Source: Lepidodermella squamata (taxonomy: Eukaryota; Animalia; Gastrotricha). From it: 64,000 nt of DNA. Positions 50,801 to 63,983 of the stretch are shown piece after piece; within the stretch, counting starts at the first letter, position 1; each line of letters begins with the position of its first letter. The position numbers and the translations under genes are program-made. Under the pieces are notes generated by a model. That model saw only the letters and a list, made by a program, of their open reading frames with translations. It ran no database searches and had not been told where the DNA came from. The stretch is from the NCBI GenBank assembly GCA_047495785.1, contig JBLDXI010000012.1, positions 1,318,592 to 1,382,591 on the forward strand. Direction: 5' to 3'.

Positions 50801-52980
50801 CAGGCCGAAGTTATCCTTTTGCAGGGCGTATTTCGCTCGATGTTCGCATACGAGATCGTCTGAACACGTGCAGTTTTCCTGGCCATCCAACGTTGTTCGA
50901 AGCAGGCTTTTCAGCCGTTCAAAGTTGCCGTAAAACGCGGCGAAGTGGATCGGAGTTCGGCCCTGTGCGTCGGCCATAACTGCAAGTTTGTGAGGCTGAC
51001 TGCTGGCTTTCATTAGCAGAGCTAGCGAGTCGTATCCTAGAGTAGCTGCAGCGGCATAATGAACCGGTGTTGCGCCTCTTGCGTTCTGAATCTCAGGATC
51101 GGCGCCACTTTGCAGCAGACTTTGAATGCAGTCAATGTACCCACCTAAAAAAAATACAAAAAACAATAGAAACATGAGTATTTTAGCTTGAAGAAAGAAG
51201 TCTATATATTTTAGGCTGGGATTTAGTTATCAAACAACGTTCCAATTCAAGAATTTCTGATTGAGCCAGAGATATTGAATAATGACCTGAAATAAGTGTA
51301 AAAAGGGTTTACCAAAAACTATGAAATTTGAAATGGGAAGTTCATTCAGAGCACAGCGAAAGCCAAGAATTTTCCTTTTTAGGTCGCGCTTATTGCGAGT
51401 CACCGGAAAATTTGGGAAATTTCATAAAATAGCATTTCTAATTCACTCAATTTTTTCAAAAATATATTTCACGGAAAACGACTTTCAAAAATTATTGAAA
51501 AATTCAAATAATAATTTTACTCACCTGCAGCAGCTAGATGCAGAGGTGTCTGGTCACCCTGAGCCAGCGCCTCGATTTGATGCGAAAACTGCGGTTGCGC
51601 AACTAAACCAGCTCGAATAATCTGCGACAAAATCACCGAAGAACCGCACAAAGCCGCGCAGTGAATCGGCATGAAGAGCTCCGAATCGCTAACATCCAAC
51701 CGGGCGCCAGCTTCGCATAGCACTTTGAACGACTGTGAATTACCCGAAACAGCGGCGTAGTGAATAGGATGCCGGCCGAGATTGTCGCGAACTGTCAGCG
51801 ACGCTCGGCCTTTTTCAATCAGCAATTTACACAAATCGCCCGACGATTCGATTCGAGTTGTTAGCGACGCGGCTAAATGAAGCGGCGTTCGACCGCTACA
51901 GTCACGCTCGTCCGGCAAAGCACCGGCTTTTAGCAAGAACCGGGCGCAAGTTACCGCGCCGGAAATAGCGGCTATATGCAACGGAGTTTGCCAATACTTG
52001 TCTTTCCGATTCAAATCAGCCCCAGACGCGATTAGCTGACTCACAACTTCATGCGCTTTTGAACTGCAAGCTCGGTGTAGTGGGGTCAGGAGTGACCGAT
52101 CCCTAGCATTGACCACAGCCCCGGCACTGATGAGTAGGTGAACAATTTGAGGCTCGTCACTATAAGCGGCCGCGTGAAGAGGCGTCCTGCCTTCCGAGTC
52201 GGTGCAATTTGCAGCAGTCGAGTTTTGTAAACAAGTTCGAACTTCATCGATATCACCAATTAGACAGGCCTGTTTTAAAAAATTAGATAAATTCAAATAA
52301 TCCGAGCAGTAAATACCAGATGCGTGAAATCCGAGTGAGATTGCATTTAGGCAAAATTTAATTTTAACATTGAATAAGTACTAACGCTACACGCTAACAT
52401 TTCGCCTACATGCTTAGAAGAACGTGAGAAATTAATTTATAGTACAAAATGCACTTGAAAGTGCTCATATTTGCATTATGTGTAAGACCTTAACCAGTAG
52501 AGCTACTGTAAAACTACCGCAACCTAAAAGTCCCGGACTGTTTCGAAATTTCGCGATGGAAATCGGATATTTTTCTCTTTTTTAATAATTTTTTATTTTT
52601 ATTTTTTATTATTTTTATAATTTTTAGATAATTATAATTATAATTTTTATTATTTGTAAACTTTTCTTTAAAATTTCATATAAATTTTTATTCAAATTTT
52701 TCCATCCTAAATGTTCACAAACAATTTTTTTCGCCGGAATATTTTATTGAATGAAATTATAAATTACCTGGCAAATGACTGCCGGATCCATCGGTCGCTC
52801 TTCCCTCGGACTTCGCGGGCTCTCTTTCGGCGTCGAGTCAGCAGAGCCAGGATCAGAATTCGATTGGTCCTCATCACTCTCATTAGCTTCGAGACTTTCA
52901 ATCAGAATCTCATCGGAATCAACCGGTTCCGCAGCAGCACTTGCGACAGGTTCCGCCGTTTCGGCGACTTCCTCGCTCAT
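44803..52980 (-). CDS. Multi-ankyrin-repeat protein resembling PP6 regulatory ankyrin subunits ANKRD28/44/52 (exons 52980-52768, 52269-51525, 51144-49970, 48932-48466, 46069-44803)
   Basis: In-frame GT-AG junctions; QACLIGDIDEVR...RTPLHAAAY...VNARDRSLLTPLHRAC...RKDKYWQTPLHIAA follows the ANKRD28-family N-terminus; many further ankyrin repeats; ends DDGDYF*. Confidence 0.85.
46560..47310 (+). mobile_element. Degenerate pogo/Tigger-type transposase remnant in the last intron of the ankyrin gene
   Basis: KYKFYVPHTTVWR...IGRKRVLDDEENNVIITYCQILAYWTFP (psq/CENP-B HTH-like) and PPENIFNYDETGLVDDEG (first Asp of the DDE domain) in broken frames. Confidence 0.75.
48040..48406. mobile_element. Palindromic MITE with GAGCAAA(C)G subrepeats
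   Basis: TATACTGGTTCTATGTCAATTGAGCAAACGAAAATTGGGCAAC ... GTTGCCCAATTTTCGTTTGCTCAATTGACATAGAACCAGTATA; arms complementary over most of the length. Confidence 0.85.
49120..49700. repeat. Diverged intronic direct repeat (two ~260-bp units)
   Basis: Shared blocks such as TTTGAGTGACAAAAGAGCAAA, AAAAGGGCAAATTGATA and CAAGTCCTCGCT recur ~325 bp apart. Confidence 0.65.
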
Positions 52981-53225
52981 TCTCTCCAACACAACCAATT
53001 CGATAGAACGATAGCAGCAGTTTTACGCGTCGAGATAACACAAATCTTTCAACACATTTTTCTGAAAATTTTGATTCGGCTCGATCAAACCATAAAATCT
53101 CTATTCTAAATTATCTAGAAAACAAATTAAGGAGGTTGGTTAACGAGAGTTTTATCACACATGCCACAATTGACTTGAATCAAAATTTTCAATTTTTCGA
53201 AATAAAAATCTAGCTTCGACGAGTT

Positions 53226-54398
53226 TTAGGGCTTCGATTCGCTTTTAGTAGTTGAATCAGCAGTGTTATCCTGCGAAACTTGCGATCCCATATTACTGTT
53301 ATCCACCGTTTTGTAAATCGCCATTGCTTTCGCAATCATTTGCGACGCATTGCCCGCGTCAGAACCAATCAACATTGTATTGCCCTTCTGAGCCAGGCCA
53401 GAAAAGGCTTTAATGTACTCCTCGGCTATAACGTAAGAAACAGCGCTTTGTCCTTTTTCGGAATTTACCGCGTTCGCAATCAATCCAAGAGAAAGCGCTT
53501 TGGCTTTCGAGCGGGCTAGTAAGGCCTCAGCATCACCAAGGGCTCGGTTGATTTCTTCCTGCTTTTGAGCCTCGGATTGAAGAATTCGCGCCTGCTTACG
53601 ACCCTCGGCGACGTTGATTTCCGACTCGCGAACACCCTCGGATTCCAAAATGGCAGCACGTTTCTTGCGGTCAGCTTCAACCTGGCTTTGCATCGCCTCC
53701 TGAATACGGCCCGGCAATTTCATGTCGCGAATTTCGTAACGCAAACAGTCAATGCCCCAGGCCTCCGACGCTTTATTCAGCGAATCGATAATTCTAGCGT
53801 TAAGGTGTTCACGCTCGCGAAAAACCGTGTCCAGGGTCAATTTGCCAATTTCGCTTCGCATCGTTGTCTGAGCCAATTGAGTAACGGCATATTCGGGGTC
53901 TTGAACACCATAACTCGCCTAAAAGTTAGAAAAATTTAAAAAATCTGTGAAGCATTTCTTTGGCAAACTAAGATTGCACCTAATTAGGTCAACAAGTTCT
54001 TTACATAAACTCACTCTGTAAGGATCGGTAACGCGAAGATAAAGAACACCGTCAATGTTGAGGGTAACATTGTCCATAGTAATTGCACTTTGCTGCGGGA
54101 TATCGATTGCGATTTCTTTCAAGCTTTGCACGTAAGCGACGCGGTCGATAAAAGGAATAAGAATATTAACACCCGGCTTCAAAACCTCAGAAAATCGACC
54201 CATTCGCTCGACGACCCAGGCCTCCTGTTGCGGCACGAAGAGAATAACAGTGTTCCATGGCAACGAGTCGCCGGTGTATTGCCGAGTTTGATATAGCACG
54301 GTTTGATTTATCGGGGCACTCAAAAAGTGAGTCTGAGATGGGCGTAAAAATCTTGAGGCAGAGCCGCTAAGACGTCGAAGAATAATTCTCGAGGCCAT
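53226..54398 (-). CDS. STOML2: Stomatin-like protein 2, mitochondrial (exons 54398-54015, 53918-53226)
   Basis: Arg/Ser-rich transit peptide; NTVILFVPQQEAWVVERMGRF; YVQSLKEIAIDIPQQSAITMDNV; AQTTMRSEIGKLTLD; WGIDCLRYEIRD. Confidence 0.96.
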
Positions 54399-54508
54399 TA
54401 TGCACAATTAAAACGACTAAAGGCGAAAACAACAATTTTCAATGTTATAATAATGTTGTTGTTTATTAAAACAAGTGCAGTCTCAGCGAAATTGAAAAAG
54501 CGTGCGCG

Positions 54509-56338
54509 CTATTGTTGTTTGGCGTAAAATTCATTAAAATCCATGGAAAGAAGTAGGCTGTGGAGAGGCAAAATGCTCATTGAGCCCAAAATCATGGTCT
54601 GCTGGCGTAACAGCAAATTGAGCAAAGGCGCAAATTTATCAAACTCTGAGACGTTGAGCAGATTTCGGTCACCGGAAGACGAAACCGGGGTTGTGGCTTT
54701 GAGCACACACGAGATCAATGACATTCGCAATTGGTAATTTTGACTTGGCCGCACGAGTTCATAAGCGACTTTACAAACCATTTTAGCATGTGCCATAACA
54801 AAACTATCACAATCCTGAGTTTTCGATTCACTGGCGTCGGGATTTTCGAAGGATCGAACTGCGTTCAAAAACTCCTCTTTCTGAACTCGAATAACGTGGA
54901 AGGCATGTTCTTCCAAGGCACCAAGAGCACGAGACATTCGAGCCATCTGAGCAAACGTATTTCTAGTTTCATCTACCCATTTCTGTTGATGACGTCCTTT
55001 AATTCCCCGCCTTGATGTCACTAAATTCGACCAAGCGGTATTGAGTGCAGACGAAGCAAGCCGAATGCTGAGTAAGTAATTGAAGACTGACTTATACTGC
55101 TGAACAGCTTCAGCTGAAAACACACGAGCCAAGCCTGGAGGAATTGAAACAACGGGAAATAACGTGGCTTTAAATCGCGGCAGATCATTAGAATTCAGGG
55201 TTTCAAGTTCGAAATGGATACTGTCCAACGACGCATTTAGAGTTTCGTGCTTCAGTGCGGTATATAAACGCTGAGCTGCGATTCTTAGTTCTGAACTTAG
55301 TACAGAAGCGAATTTCTCGTTACTGAATTGATGATGAGGTGCTTCAGAGTGATTTGTTCGCAGAATGTGATTTACTGGCGGAGACAATAGCCAAGTAGAA
55401 AAGAGTTCACCACGATTCATGAAAGACAGCTCACAGCATTGAGCGATTAGACGAAGAGCACCGGCTGAGATCAATTGCACAGCCATTTCATGGTTGGCCA
55501 AAGTATGAGCTTTAGCAATAGCACTTGCGATTAATCGAGGTAGCTCGTCTCCAAAATTGACATGGCGACGCAAACCTCTGATCAATTCGAATGAAGAGTG
55601 TCTCTTAGTTTGTAACTCGCGACGTAACTCGCCAACAGCAATCGCCTTATTTGCGGTAGTCAAGTCGATAAATGGAGGCAAGCGTTCGCTACGCAATTCA
55701 CCTTGTTTCTCAATGAAGAACTCGCTGCAAGGATCTCTGTCAGCAGATATCAAACCGTTGTTTAACCACTCTTCCAGTTGATTCAAAAATGGAGTGGCTA
55801 GTATCAACAGAACATTTTGAACAGCTTTAGATGATGGCGAATCAACTCCAGTATCAAGCTTGCAATATACTTGCCAAGCAGAATTTAAAACAGGAACTCC
55901 ATCCGAAACGAGATTGAGAATTTCAGCAAAACTGCGAAGAGCATCAGAGTACTGCCCTATTTCAGCAAGTAATGAAAGGGGCGTGATTGACATGGCGATG
56001 CAGGACAGATATTCTTTTTCTATTCGAGCGAGGGTCGGTTCATAATCATCTCGTAAGAAGCATGAAAATGCCACAGCCAGCTGAGATGAATAAATACTGT
56101 CTTGCTTCGACTTTTGCTTCGTTTCAGTAATAAACCGTTTAATACGATAAACGTTAGCAGCTAAAGAACATAATTCTTTGTGCAGAAGAGTACAGCTTGA
56201 TCCTAACAAGGCATTGTTTTCATTCGTGCTGAAGTCCATTCCGCAATAAGAAACTGAGACATGCCCGTTGTTAGCAACTTTTTCTTTGAACATGTCGCCG
56301 GGCCAGCCATTCAATGCCATTAGAAGCTCGTGTATCAT
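54509..56338 (-). CDS. TUBGCP4: Gamma-tubulin complex component 4-like (intronless, divergent)
   Basis: N-terminus MIHELLMALNGWPGDMF, DPCSEFFI, RLPPFI, RGELF, YKSVFNYLLSIR, C-terminal LLLSMDFNEFY. Confidence 0.85.
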   Translation of the reverse strand: MIHELLMALNGWPGDMFKEKVANNGHVSVSYCGMDFSTNENNALLGSSCTLLHKELCSLAANVYRIKRFITETKQKSKQDSIYSSQLAVAFSCFLRDDYEPTLARIEKEYLSCIAMSITPLSLLAEIGQYSDALRSFAEILNLVSDGVPVLNSAWQVYCKLDTGVDSPSSKAVQNVLLILATPFLNQLEEWLNNGLISADRDPCSEFFIEKQGELRSERLPPFIDLTTANKAIAVGELRRELQTKRHSSFELIRGLRRHVNFGDELPRLIASAIAKAHTLANHEMAVQLISAGALRLIAQCCELSFMNRGELFSTWLLSPPVNHILRTNHSEAPHHQFSNEKFASVLSSELRIAAQRLYTALKHETLNASLDSIHFELETLNSNDLPRFKATLFPVVSIPPGLARVFSAEAVQQYKSVFNYLLSIRLASSALNTAWSNLVTSRRGIKGRHQQKWVDETRNTFAQMARMSRALGALEEHAFHVIRVQKEEFLNAVRSFENPDASESKTQDCDSFVMAHAKMVCKVAYELVRPSQNYQLRMSLISCVLKATTPVSSSGDRNLLNVSEFDKFAPLLNLLLRQQTMILGSMSILPLHSLLLSMDFNEFYAKQQ

Positions 56339-57579
56339 TGCTGAGGGTTAAAATATCAGATTAGCAGCTACTCTATAAAAATTCGATGAAAATGTATCTT
56401 GAGTTTTTTTGAAATCCAAAGAAAGCTTTCGGGCCAGAGACCAGAGACCCCTTATCTACGCCACTGCAAAGACTATACGTATCACTCAACACGAGCTCAG
56501 CCAAGAAACAAGGGAGAAGATTCGATGTGCTTCACGGAAGTTTCCTCGTTTCTAACCACAGCAGCATGACGCGCTCCGCTGGGAAAATCATCATGGAAGA
56601 TGAGAGGGGAAGGAGAAAGAACTAGGAAGAAAAACTCCTCTCGAGACGAAACAAACACCCGAAAACAGACAACACAAGAGCCAGCCCGGAGCGGCCCGGA
56701 GCGGCAACGTCGCGAAGTGGACCCTAATTTAAAATCTTGCTTTACAAATTAATAATATTTTTTAAATATTTATTTTCCCTAACAAAAATGTAAAGTGAAG
56801 GTAGCGCGCTAATTTTTTTGAATAATTTCGCGCTCTCGTTCCCTTCGGTTTTATTGTTTCTTAGTTCATGTTGTTGGCTCCCTCCTCTCCTTTCCCAACA
56901 CACCGGCTGAACTCTGCAGCGGCTAAATTCATCGGAATAGAAAAGCCCACGTTGTTGTTTCCTGGTGGACGGGACCGACAAACTAATGGACAAAGTATGT
57001 ACTTCGGTGTGAAAACTTGCTTGGTCGATGTTATTCACTTTACTGTAACTTGTCGGTCACACCCGCCCGTGTTCGTTTTTATTTATGCTGTTGACTTTAC
57101 TTGATTTGCACTTTAACGTGAATCAAGGATCTCTCCTAGGTATTGCGGAATGAAATTCTCGTTATCGAGCCGAACTAGCAAAGAAAATAACGCGCCAACG
57201 CTCAAGGAAGGCTTAGACCTGGTTTGCTAACTACTAACGATGATCCAGTCGCCTATCTACTAACATCTAATATCTTCGGCAGCTTTTTTCCAGCAACTTA
57301 TTTATTTATTTGCATTAACTGATAGTAAGGCGGTAATATCTTCTGCCGTCTGCTGTTTTTGTGTCGTCATGATCACGTCATGATCATGAGTTAAGCCTTA
57401 GCCTTCTGCCGGTTGAAGCTGAACATGTTATTCTAAATTGTACACGATATTTATTTAATGGCATAAAATTAATGCGATTGATTATTTAAAAAGTCTAGCT
57501 TATAGCAGCAATGCGAATATCTCCCGATTGACAGATCGTATAAGAATCTAGAGTTCAAGATAAATGATCATTCATATAA

Positions 57580-59020
57580 TTATTCGTCTGCTTCTTCGTC
57601 TTGTTGCTCTGCGGCAGGCTGTTCCGCGCCTTCGCCTTGCTGAACAGCTGGAGTGCCTTCAGCGAACGTGACACTCTGCCCTGTCAGTAGCTTAGTGATG
57701 ATGTCGCGTTCTGACTCATCGGCAATCGACTGAGCCAAGTTGATCGGCGATCGACCGAATGCGTCTCGAGTATTCATGGCCGAAGCAAAAGTCATGCGCA
57801 AGAATTTGATAACTTCGGGCTTTTTGTCTACTATGGCCATATGGAGGGCGCTCAATCCACGAGAATCGCGCGCATTCATCAGTTTCCTGTCAGCGTTCAA
57901 CATCTCCTCGACCTTGGCGACGTTGTTTTCTGAAACCGCTTGGAAAAAGGAAGCTCGTTTGCCCTGAACCTCCTCTACGTATTGGCCAAATGATTCTATC
58001 TGCTCAGCAGTGAACATGTCAGTCTCTGCTAAGCCGCTCGCAGAAGGAAACCAGGAATATCCGTTGAAAATGAGGCTTTCGAGCATATCAGTTTGACCTT
58101 TCTCCACGGCATCGTAGATCCATTTTAATACGAGGCGATCGATTTGTTGAACATTGTCAAGGACTCCTTCGTTTTGAGCGAGTTCTCGAGGGGTCAGACC
58201 TTCGGCGTCGCGGTCCATCAAGTTGGCATTATCATCGGCGATCAATTTCTCAATCATCTCGCCTGCGTTCGGGGTATTCTGAGTAGCCCAGCGATGCAGC
58301 TCTGTCCGACCACGTGCGTCACGCGATCCGTCGGCCGACTCGTCCTCCTCAGCCAAACGCTGCAAGGTAGGCACGTGACCAGATTCCCACGGCGCGACTG
58401 AAATTTTGAATTTTTCTGCCAAGTAGGTTCGCAGGTCTTCGTACGAAATGACTCCGTCTTTATTCATATCACACTCCTATGAAAGAAAATTGAGCCACAA
58501 TTTTGGCATTGAGCGAGAGTCTTACCTCGACGATTTCCTCGTCAGTTTTGGTCACCAGATCAGGGTTAGCCTTCGAAATGATTGTTCGAGTGCCATCTAC
58601 TGTAATTTCTTGCGATGTTAAATCTGCGTATTGCATAATGTCTTGTCGCCACTCTTTCTCGTTTCGGCGTCTCATAGCGTCCATGAGTTGTTGCTTTCGC
58701 CGCTTTTCTGCCTCCATTTCTCGTCGTTTCCGGGCATCTTCCTCCATAATCTTCTTCTGCTCAGCCCATCGATTTGCCTCCCGCAAACGTTCGGCGTCAG
58801 CTTCTTCTAACAAACGCTGTAATTCTTCCAGACGTTTGGCATCATCGGCTGCTTGGCGCTCTAATTTAGCTTTGTGAAGCAACCAACGGGCTAGATATTC
58901 GATCGGGTCTCGTGGAACTCGCTCGCAAATTTCAGCGAGACCTTCAATTAGAGCTGTCCCCAATTTTTCCTGCAGATATTTGTTATCGGCGCCGGTTAAC
59001 GGGTTCTCCGATCCTGACAT
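57580..59020 (-). CDS. Dpy-30 domain (DYDC-like) + coiled coil + EF-hand + ankyrin repeat protein (exons 59020-58526, 58476-57580)
   Basis: YLQEKLGTALIEGLAEICERVPRDPIEYLARWL (Dpy-30 motif); 49-nt phase-0 intron; DMNKDGVISYED EF-hand loop; GRTELH, GLTP, GLSALH, GRSP ankyrin turns. Confidence 0.85.
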
Positions 59021-59108
59021 GTTGAAGGCTTTACTACAAATGTAAAATACTATGAGCTATATATTAAATGCAGCAATACACGCGAAGAAATTCGCTTGCA
59101 AACGCTCA

Positions 59109-59148
59109 GTTGCTAGGCGCATGGGTTGCGTGCCGCATTGTTGCTAAG
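59109..59148 (-). promoter_or_regulatory. Two candidate RFX X-box motifs upstream of the Dpy-30 gene
   Basis: CTTAGCAAC and CCTAGCAAC on the minus strand ~90-130 bp before the ATG, matching the CYTAGCAAC RFX core. Confidence 0.5.
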
Positions 59149-59773
59149 GACGCTATTCAGGCATACTCGCACAATCGATGACTGCTGCATTCACTCCACT
59201 ATTGAGGCATGTGCAATTTTGGGTCATATGTTTACGCTGTACCCGTGCATGAGTTTTGGTTCGAATCATCTTAATTAGTAAATAAATAAAGGAAATATTA
59301 AAGATTGAAATTGAAATAAGCAATAAGTTCTGGAAATTTTCATTTTTTCCCTGATTCTAGCTGTTGAAAGGCATTTTTGAATGCTATCGCGGGAAATTAC
59401 TTGTTGTCGCGTGTAAAATTAGTTTAATATTCCTTGGAAAGTAACAGCCTTACTTTATTTTTAACCTAAAACTTGCCCGTTCCGCTGATATTTATGCGCT
59501 CGAATGATTCACGTAAGCTGTTAGCTCATTTTCTTCATATAAACGCCACACAGTCAGTTTTTATGGAGATTTTACGCCAACACCAAGCTGCGTTATTGTA
59601 GCATAAAAAGACCTGTGACGTGGGGTACGTGTTTTTCTTACTACGAGGCGACACTCACGTATTGCATGGGATTCAACACGCATAACATTATCTGTATTTA
59701 TTTTCAGCAAAAATTATGATTTTCTCACAATTGAATTTTTAAATACAAAACTAGAATATCTCCGATAAAAAAT

Positions 59774-61489
59774 TCAGACTTCTATAACTTTCTCCAAATC
59801 GCAATCAGATTCATCGATTAAATTTACGCTGGTATTGCCTTCTGTGATAATAGCTTCCAGTGTTTCTTGAACAACTGGAGCTTCGTTAGGTATGTTTTCA
59901 TCGCTTTTAATCGCAAGAGCAGACATGGATCGTGACATTGAGGCAGGAAAACCGTCATTGTGGGGCTGAGAAATAGTTGGAGTTAAATCTTGACTAGAAG
60001 AGTCGTTTTCGGGTTGTTCATCGGCTTTACTGTCGCTCAACTTGCTACCAGCACCGGATAACTGACTGCCACTTACGGCTCGAGGATTTCGATCACCTTG
60101 ATTATACGAACCAGAGCGCCGTTCGTTTGCACGGCCAAAAGTTCTCATGAAACATTTCCGATATTCGCTATTGAAAACTGGGTAGATGATAGGGTTTAAA
60201 CCAGACGAGCAGTATCCTAGCCAGACAAATGCCATGAATAGCGCGCCTTGTTGCTTGATCAAAGGCACCATCGTTTGAAGGATGTTTATCGTGAAAAATG
60301 GCATCCAGCAAATCACGAAAACGATGAAAACAGTTAACAAGGCAGTTTCCGCGCGTTGTCTTTTGATAAACTTTTTGAACGGACCCATAACTGACGAAAT
60401 TGAGATAACAGACGTCCGCAGCGTTTCTTGCCGGCTCTTCCTGGGCGTTGTGCAAAATTTCTTCTGTTGATCCTGGCTACTCTTTTCGCTTTCGACTAAA
60501 TATTGCGGACAACTACTAGCTCGATACATCGGCGATAATTGACTCCGATTTTCAGCCGGGTTAGCCACAGAGTTTCTGGGTAGGAGGTAGCTTGAGTTGA
60601 TAGTTAATGAGTCGTCGTGATTCGCAGTGCTAGCTGCGTTTTCTTCATTATCAAAACGCTGTCGTTAGTTTCGCCTCGTCATTCGATGGGCGTTTTGAGA
60701 AACAAGATCGGAGTCTGTCTAAGATTTTCGATTTCCTCAAGCTAGTTAGCCCCGTTTGACTGACCATCTTTTCGAGGCCGACGTGAATTACGATCGATTT
60801 TAGGCGTTTGCTAGCCTTGTTTTTCTCTTTAAGGAGAAAGAAAGAACGAATGTCGACGGCGATCATGATGATTAGCGGGAAATAAAATGTGGAAATTGAC
60901 CCGTATAGGATAAATGCGTTGTAGAAGATATCACAGTGACCCTCCTTATAAATACCCTGAAAATGAAACCACACAATTCCAATTTTTGTTTATCAAAATG
61001 TCGTGGGAAATTTACCTCGGGGTTGAAAAAAATGTGAATAGCTAGGGGAGCAGCGATGAGTAAGGTATGGACCATACGCCCGATAGGAGTAAGGCCTGAA
61101 GACCGACTGCCATATTGACCCTTCGATAGCTGATCGGCCAGCCGATGGCCGCGTATCGGTTTACGGCTATTAGCAGTAGATGCATGATTGATGCGGAGCA
61201 AAAATAGACGTCTGAAATGACGTGGAATGCACAGACTCCGAATCCGAAGGGCCAGTAGCCATTGCACAACTGGAAAAAATTTGAAAATTAATGTAGGAAA
61301 AAATATCATTCGATTTTTTCAAATTAATTTGAAATTTGAGGCTATATATTCGAAAATATCTTACCTGGCCTATAGCTGCGAAAGGCATAACTATGACCGA
61401 TATTGTCATATCAGTCAATGCTAACGAGAAGATTATTTTGTTGGACCAAGTCCGCCTTAGCGACAGATTTTCAGCTATTACGACTAGAA
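59774..61489 (-). CDS. Aminergic class A GPCR, 5'-truncated by the fold-back and carrying at least one probable sequencing indel
   Basis: SLALTDMTISVIVMPF (TM2), GYWPFG, ISDVYFCSASIMHL (TM3 Asp), NRY, STFYFPL (TM5), FVICWMPFF (TM6), WLGYCSSGLNPIIY (TM7). Confidence 0.85.
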
Positions 61490-63983
61490 CGGTCATAGTT
61501 ATGCCTTTCGCAGCTATAGGCCAGGTAAGATATTTTCGAATATATAGCCTCAAATTTCAAAATTAATTTGAAAAAAATCGAATGATATTTTTTCCTACAT
61601 TAATTTTCAAATTTTTCCAGTTGGTGCAATGGCTACTGGCCCTTCGGATTCGGAGTCTGTGCATTCCACGTCATTTCAGACGTCTATTTTTGCTCCGCAT
61701 CAATCATGCATCTACTGCTAATAGCCGTAAACCGATACGCGGCCATCGGCTGGCCGATCAGCTATCGAAGGGTCAATATGGCAGTCGGTCCTTCAGGCCT
61801 TACTCCTATCGGGCGTATGGTCCATACCTTTACTCATCGCTGCTCCCCTAGCTATTCACATTTTTTTCAACCCCGAGGTAAATTTCCCACGACATTTTGA
61901 TAAACAAAAATTGGAATTGTGTGGTTTCATTTTCAGGGTATTTATAAGGAGGGTCACTGTGATATCTTCTACAACGCATTTATCCCTATACGGGTCAATT
62001 TCCACATTTTATTTCCCGCTAATCATCATGATCGCCGTCGACATTCGTTCTTTCTTCCTCCTTAAAGAGAAAAACAAGGCTAGCAAACGCCTAAAATCGA
62101 TCGTAATTCACGTCGGCCTCGAAAAGATGGTCAGTCAAACGGGGCTAACTAGCTTGAGGAAATCGAAAATCTTAGACAGACTCCGATCTGTTTCTCAAAA
62201 CGCCCATCGAATGACGAGGCGAAAACTAACGACAGCGTTTTGATAATGAAGAAAACGCAGCTAGCACTGCGAATCACGACGACTCATTAACTATCAACTC
62301 AAGCTACCTCCTACCCAGAAACTCTGTGGCTAACCCGGCTGAAAATCGGAGTCAATTATCGCCGATGTATCGAGCTAGTAGTTGTCCGCAATATTTAGTC
62401 GAAAGCGAAAAGAGTAGCCAGGATCAACAGAAGAAATTTTGCACAACGCCCAGGAAGAGCCGGCAAGAAACGCTGCGGGACGTCTGTTATCTCAATTTCG
62501 TCAGTTATGGGTCCGTTCAAAAAGTTTATCAAAAGACAACGCGCGGAAACTGCCTTGTTAACTGTTTTCATCGTTTTCGTGATTTGCTGGATGCCATTTT
62601 TCACGATAAACATCCTTCAAACGATGGTGCCTTGATCAAGCAACAAGGCGCGCTATTCATGGCATTTGTCTGGCTAGGATACTGCTCGTCTGGTTTAAAC
62701 CCTATCATCTACCCAGTTTTCAATAGCGAATATCGGAAATGTTTCATGAGAACTTTTGGCCGTGCAAATCGAAACGGCGCTCTGGTTCGTATAATCAAGG
62801 TGATCGAAATCCTCGAGCCGTAAGTGGCAGTCAGTTATCCGGTGCTGGTAGCAAGTTGAGCGACAGTAAAGCCGATGACAACCCGAAAACGACTCTTCTA
62901 GTCAAGATTTAACTCCAACTATTTCTCAGCCCCACAATGACGGTTTTCCTGCCTCAATGTCACGATCCATGTCTGCTCTTGCGATTAAAAGCGATGAAAA
63001 CATACCTAACGAAGCTCCAGTTGTTCAAGAAACACTGGAAGCTATTACACAGAAGGCAATACCAGCGTAAATTTAATCGATGAATCTGATTGCGATTTGG
63101 AGAAAGTTATAGAAGTCTGAATTTTTATCGAGATATTCTAGTTTTGTATTTAAAAATTCATTGTGAGAAAATCATAATTTTTGCTGAAAATAAATACAGA
63201 TAATGTTATGCGTGTTGAATCCCATGCAATACGTGAGTGTCGCCTCGTAGTAAGAAAAACACGTACCCCACGTCACAGGTCTTTTTATGCTACAATAACG
63301 CAGCTTGGTGTTGTCGTAAAATCTCCATAAAAACTGACTGTGTGGCGTTTATATGAAGAAAATGAGCTAACAGCTTACGTGAATCATTCGAGCGCATAAA
63401 TATCATCGGAACGGGCAAGTTTTAGGTTAAAAATAAAGTAAGGCTGTTACTTTCCAAGGAATATTAAACTAATTTTACACGCGACAACAAGTAATTTCCG
63501 CGATAGCATTCAAAAATGCCTTTCAACAGCTAGAATCAGGGAAAAATGAAAATTTCCAGAACTTATTGCTTATTTCAATTTCAATCTTTAATATTTCCTT
63601 TATTTATTTACTAATTAAGATGATTCGAACCAAAACTCATGCACGGGTACAGCGTAAACATATGACCCAAAATTGCACATGCCTCAATAGTGGAGTGAAT
63701 GCAGCAGTCATCGATTGTGCGAGTATGCCTGATTAGCGTCCTTAGCAACAATGCGGCACGCAACCCATGCGCCTAGCAACTGAGCGTTTGCAAGCGAATT
63801 TCTTCGCGTGTATTGCTGCATTTAATATATAGCTCATAGTATTTTACATTTGTAGTAAAGCCTTCAACATGTCAGGATCGGAGAACCGTTAACCGGCGCC
63901 GATAACAAATATCTGCAGGAAAAAATTGGGACAGCTCTAATTGAAGGTCTCGCTGAAATTTGCGAGCGAGTTCCACGAGACCC
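61490..63983 (+). other. Inverted duplicate of 58905-61399 (fold-back chimera, probable artifact)
   Basis: Reverse complement of the preceding 2.5 kb with scattered 1-nt indels; ~90-bp unique spacer. Confidence 0.9.

Noticed and set aside
61490-63119. Second, plus-strand GPCR gene or pseudogene
   Set aside because: Part of the fold-back artifact
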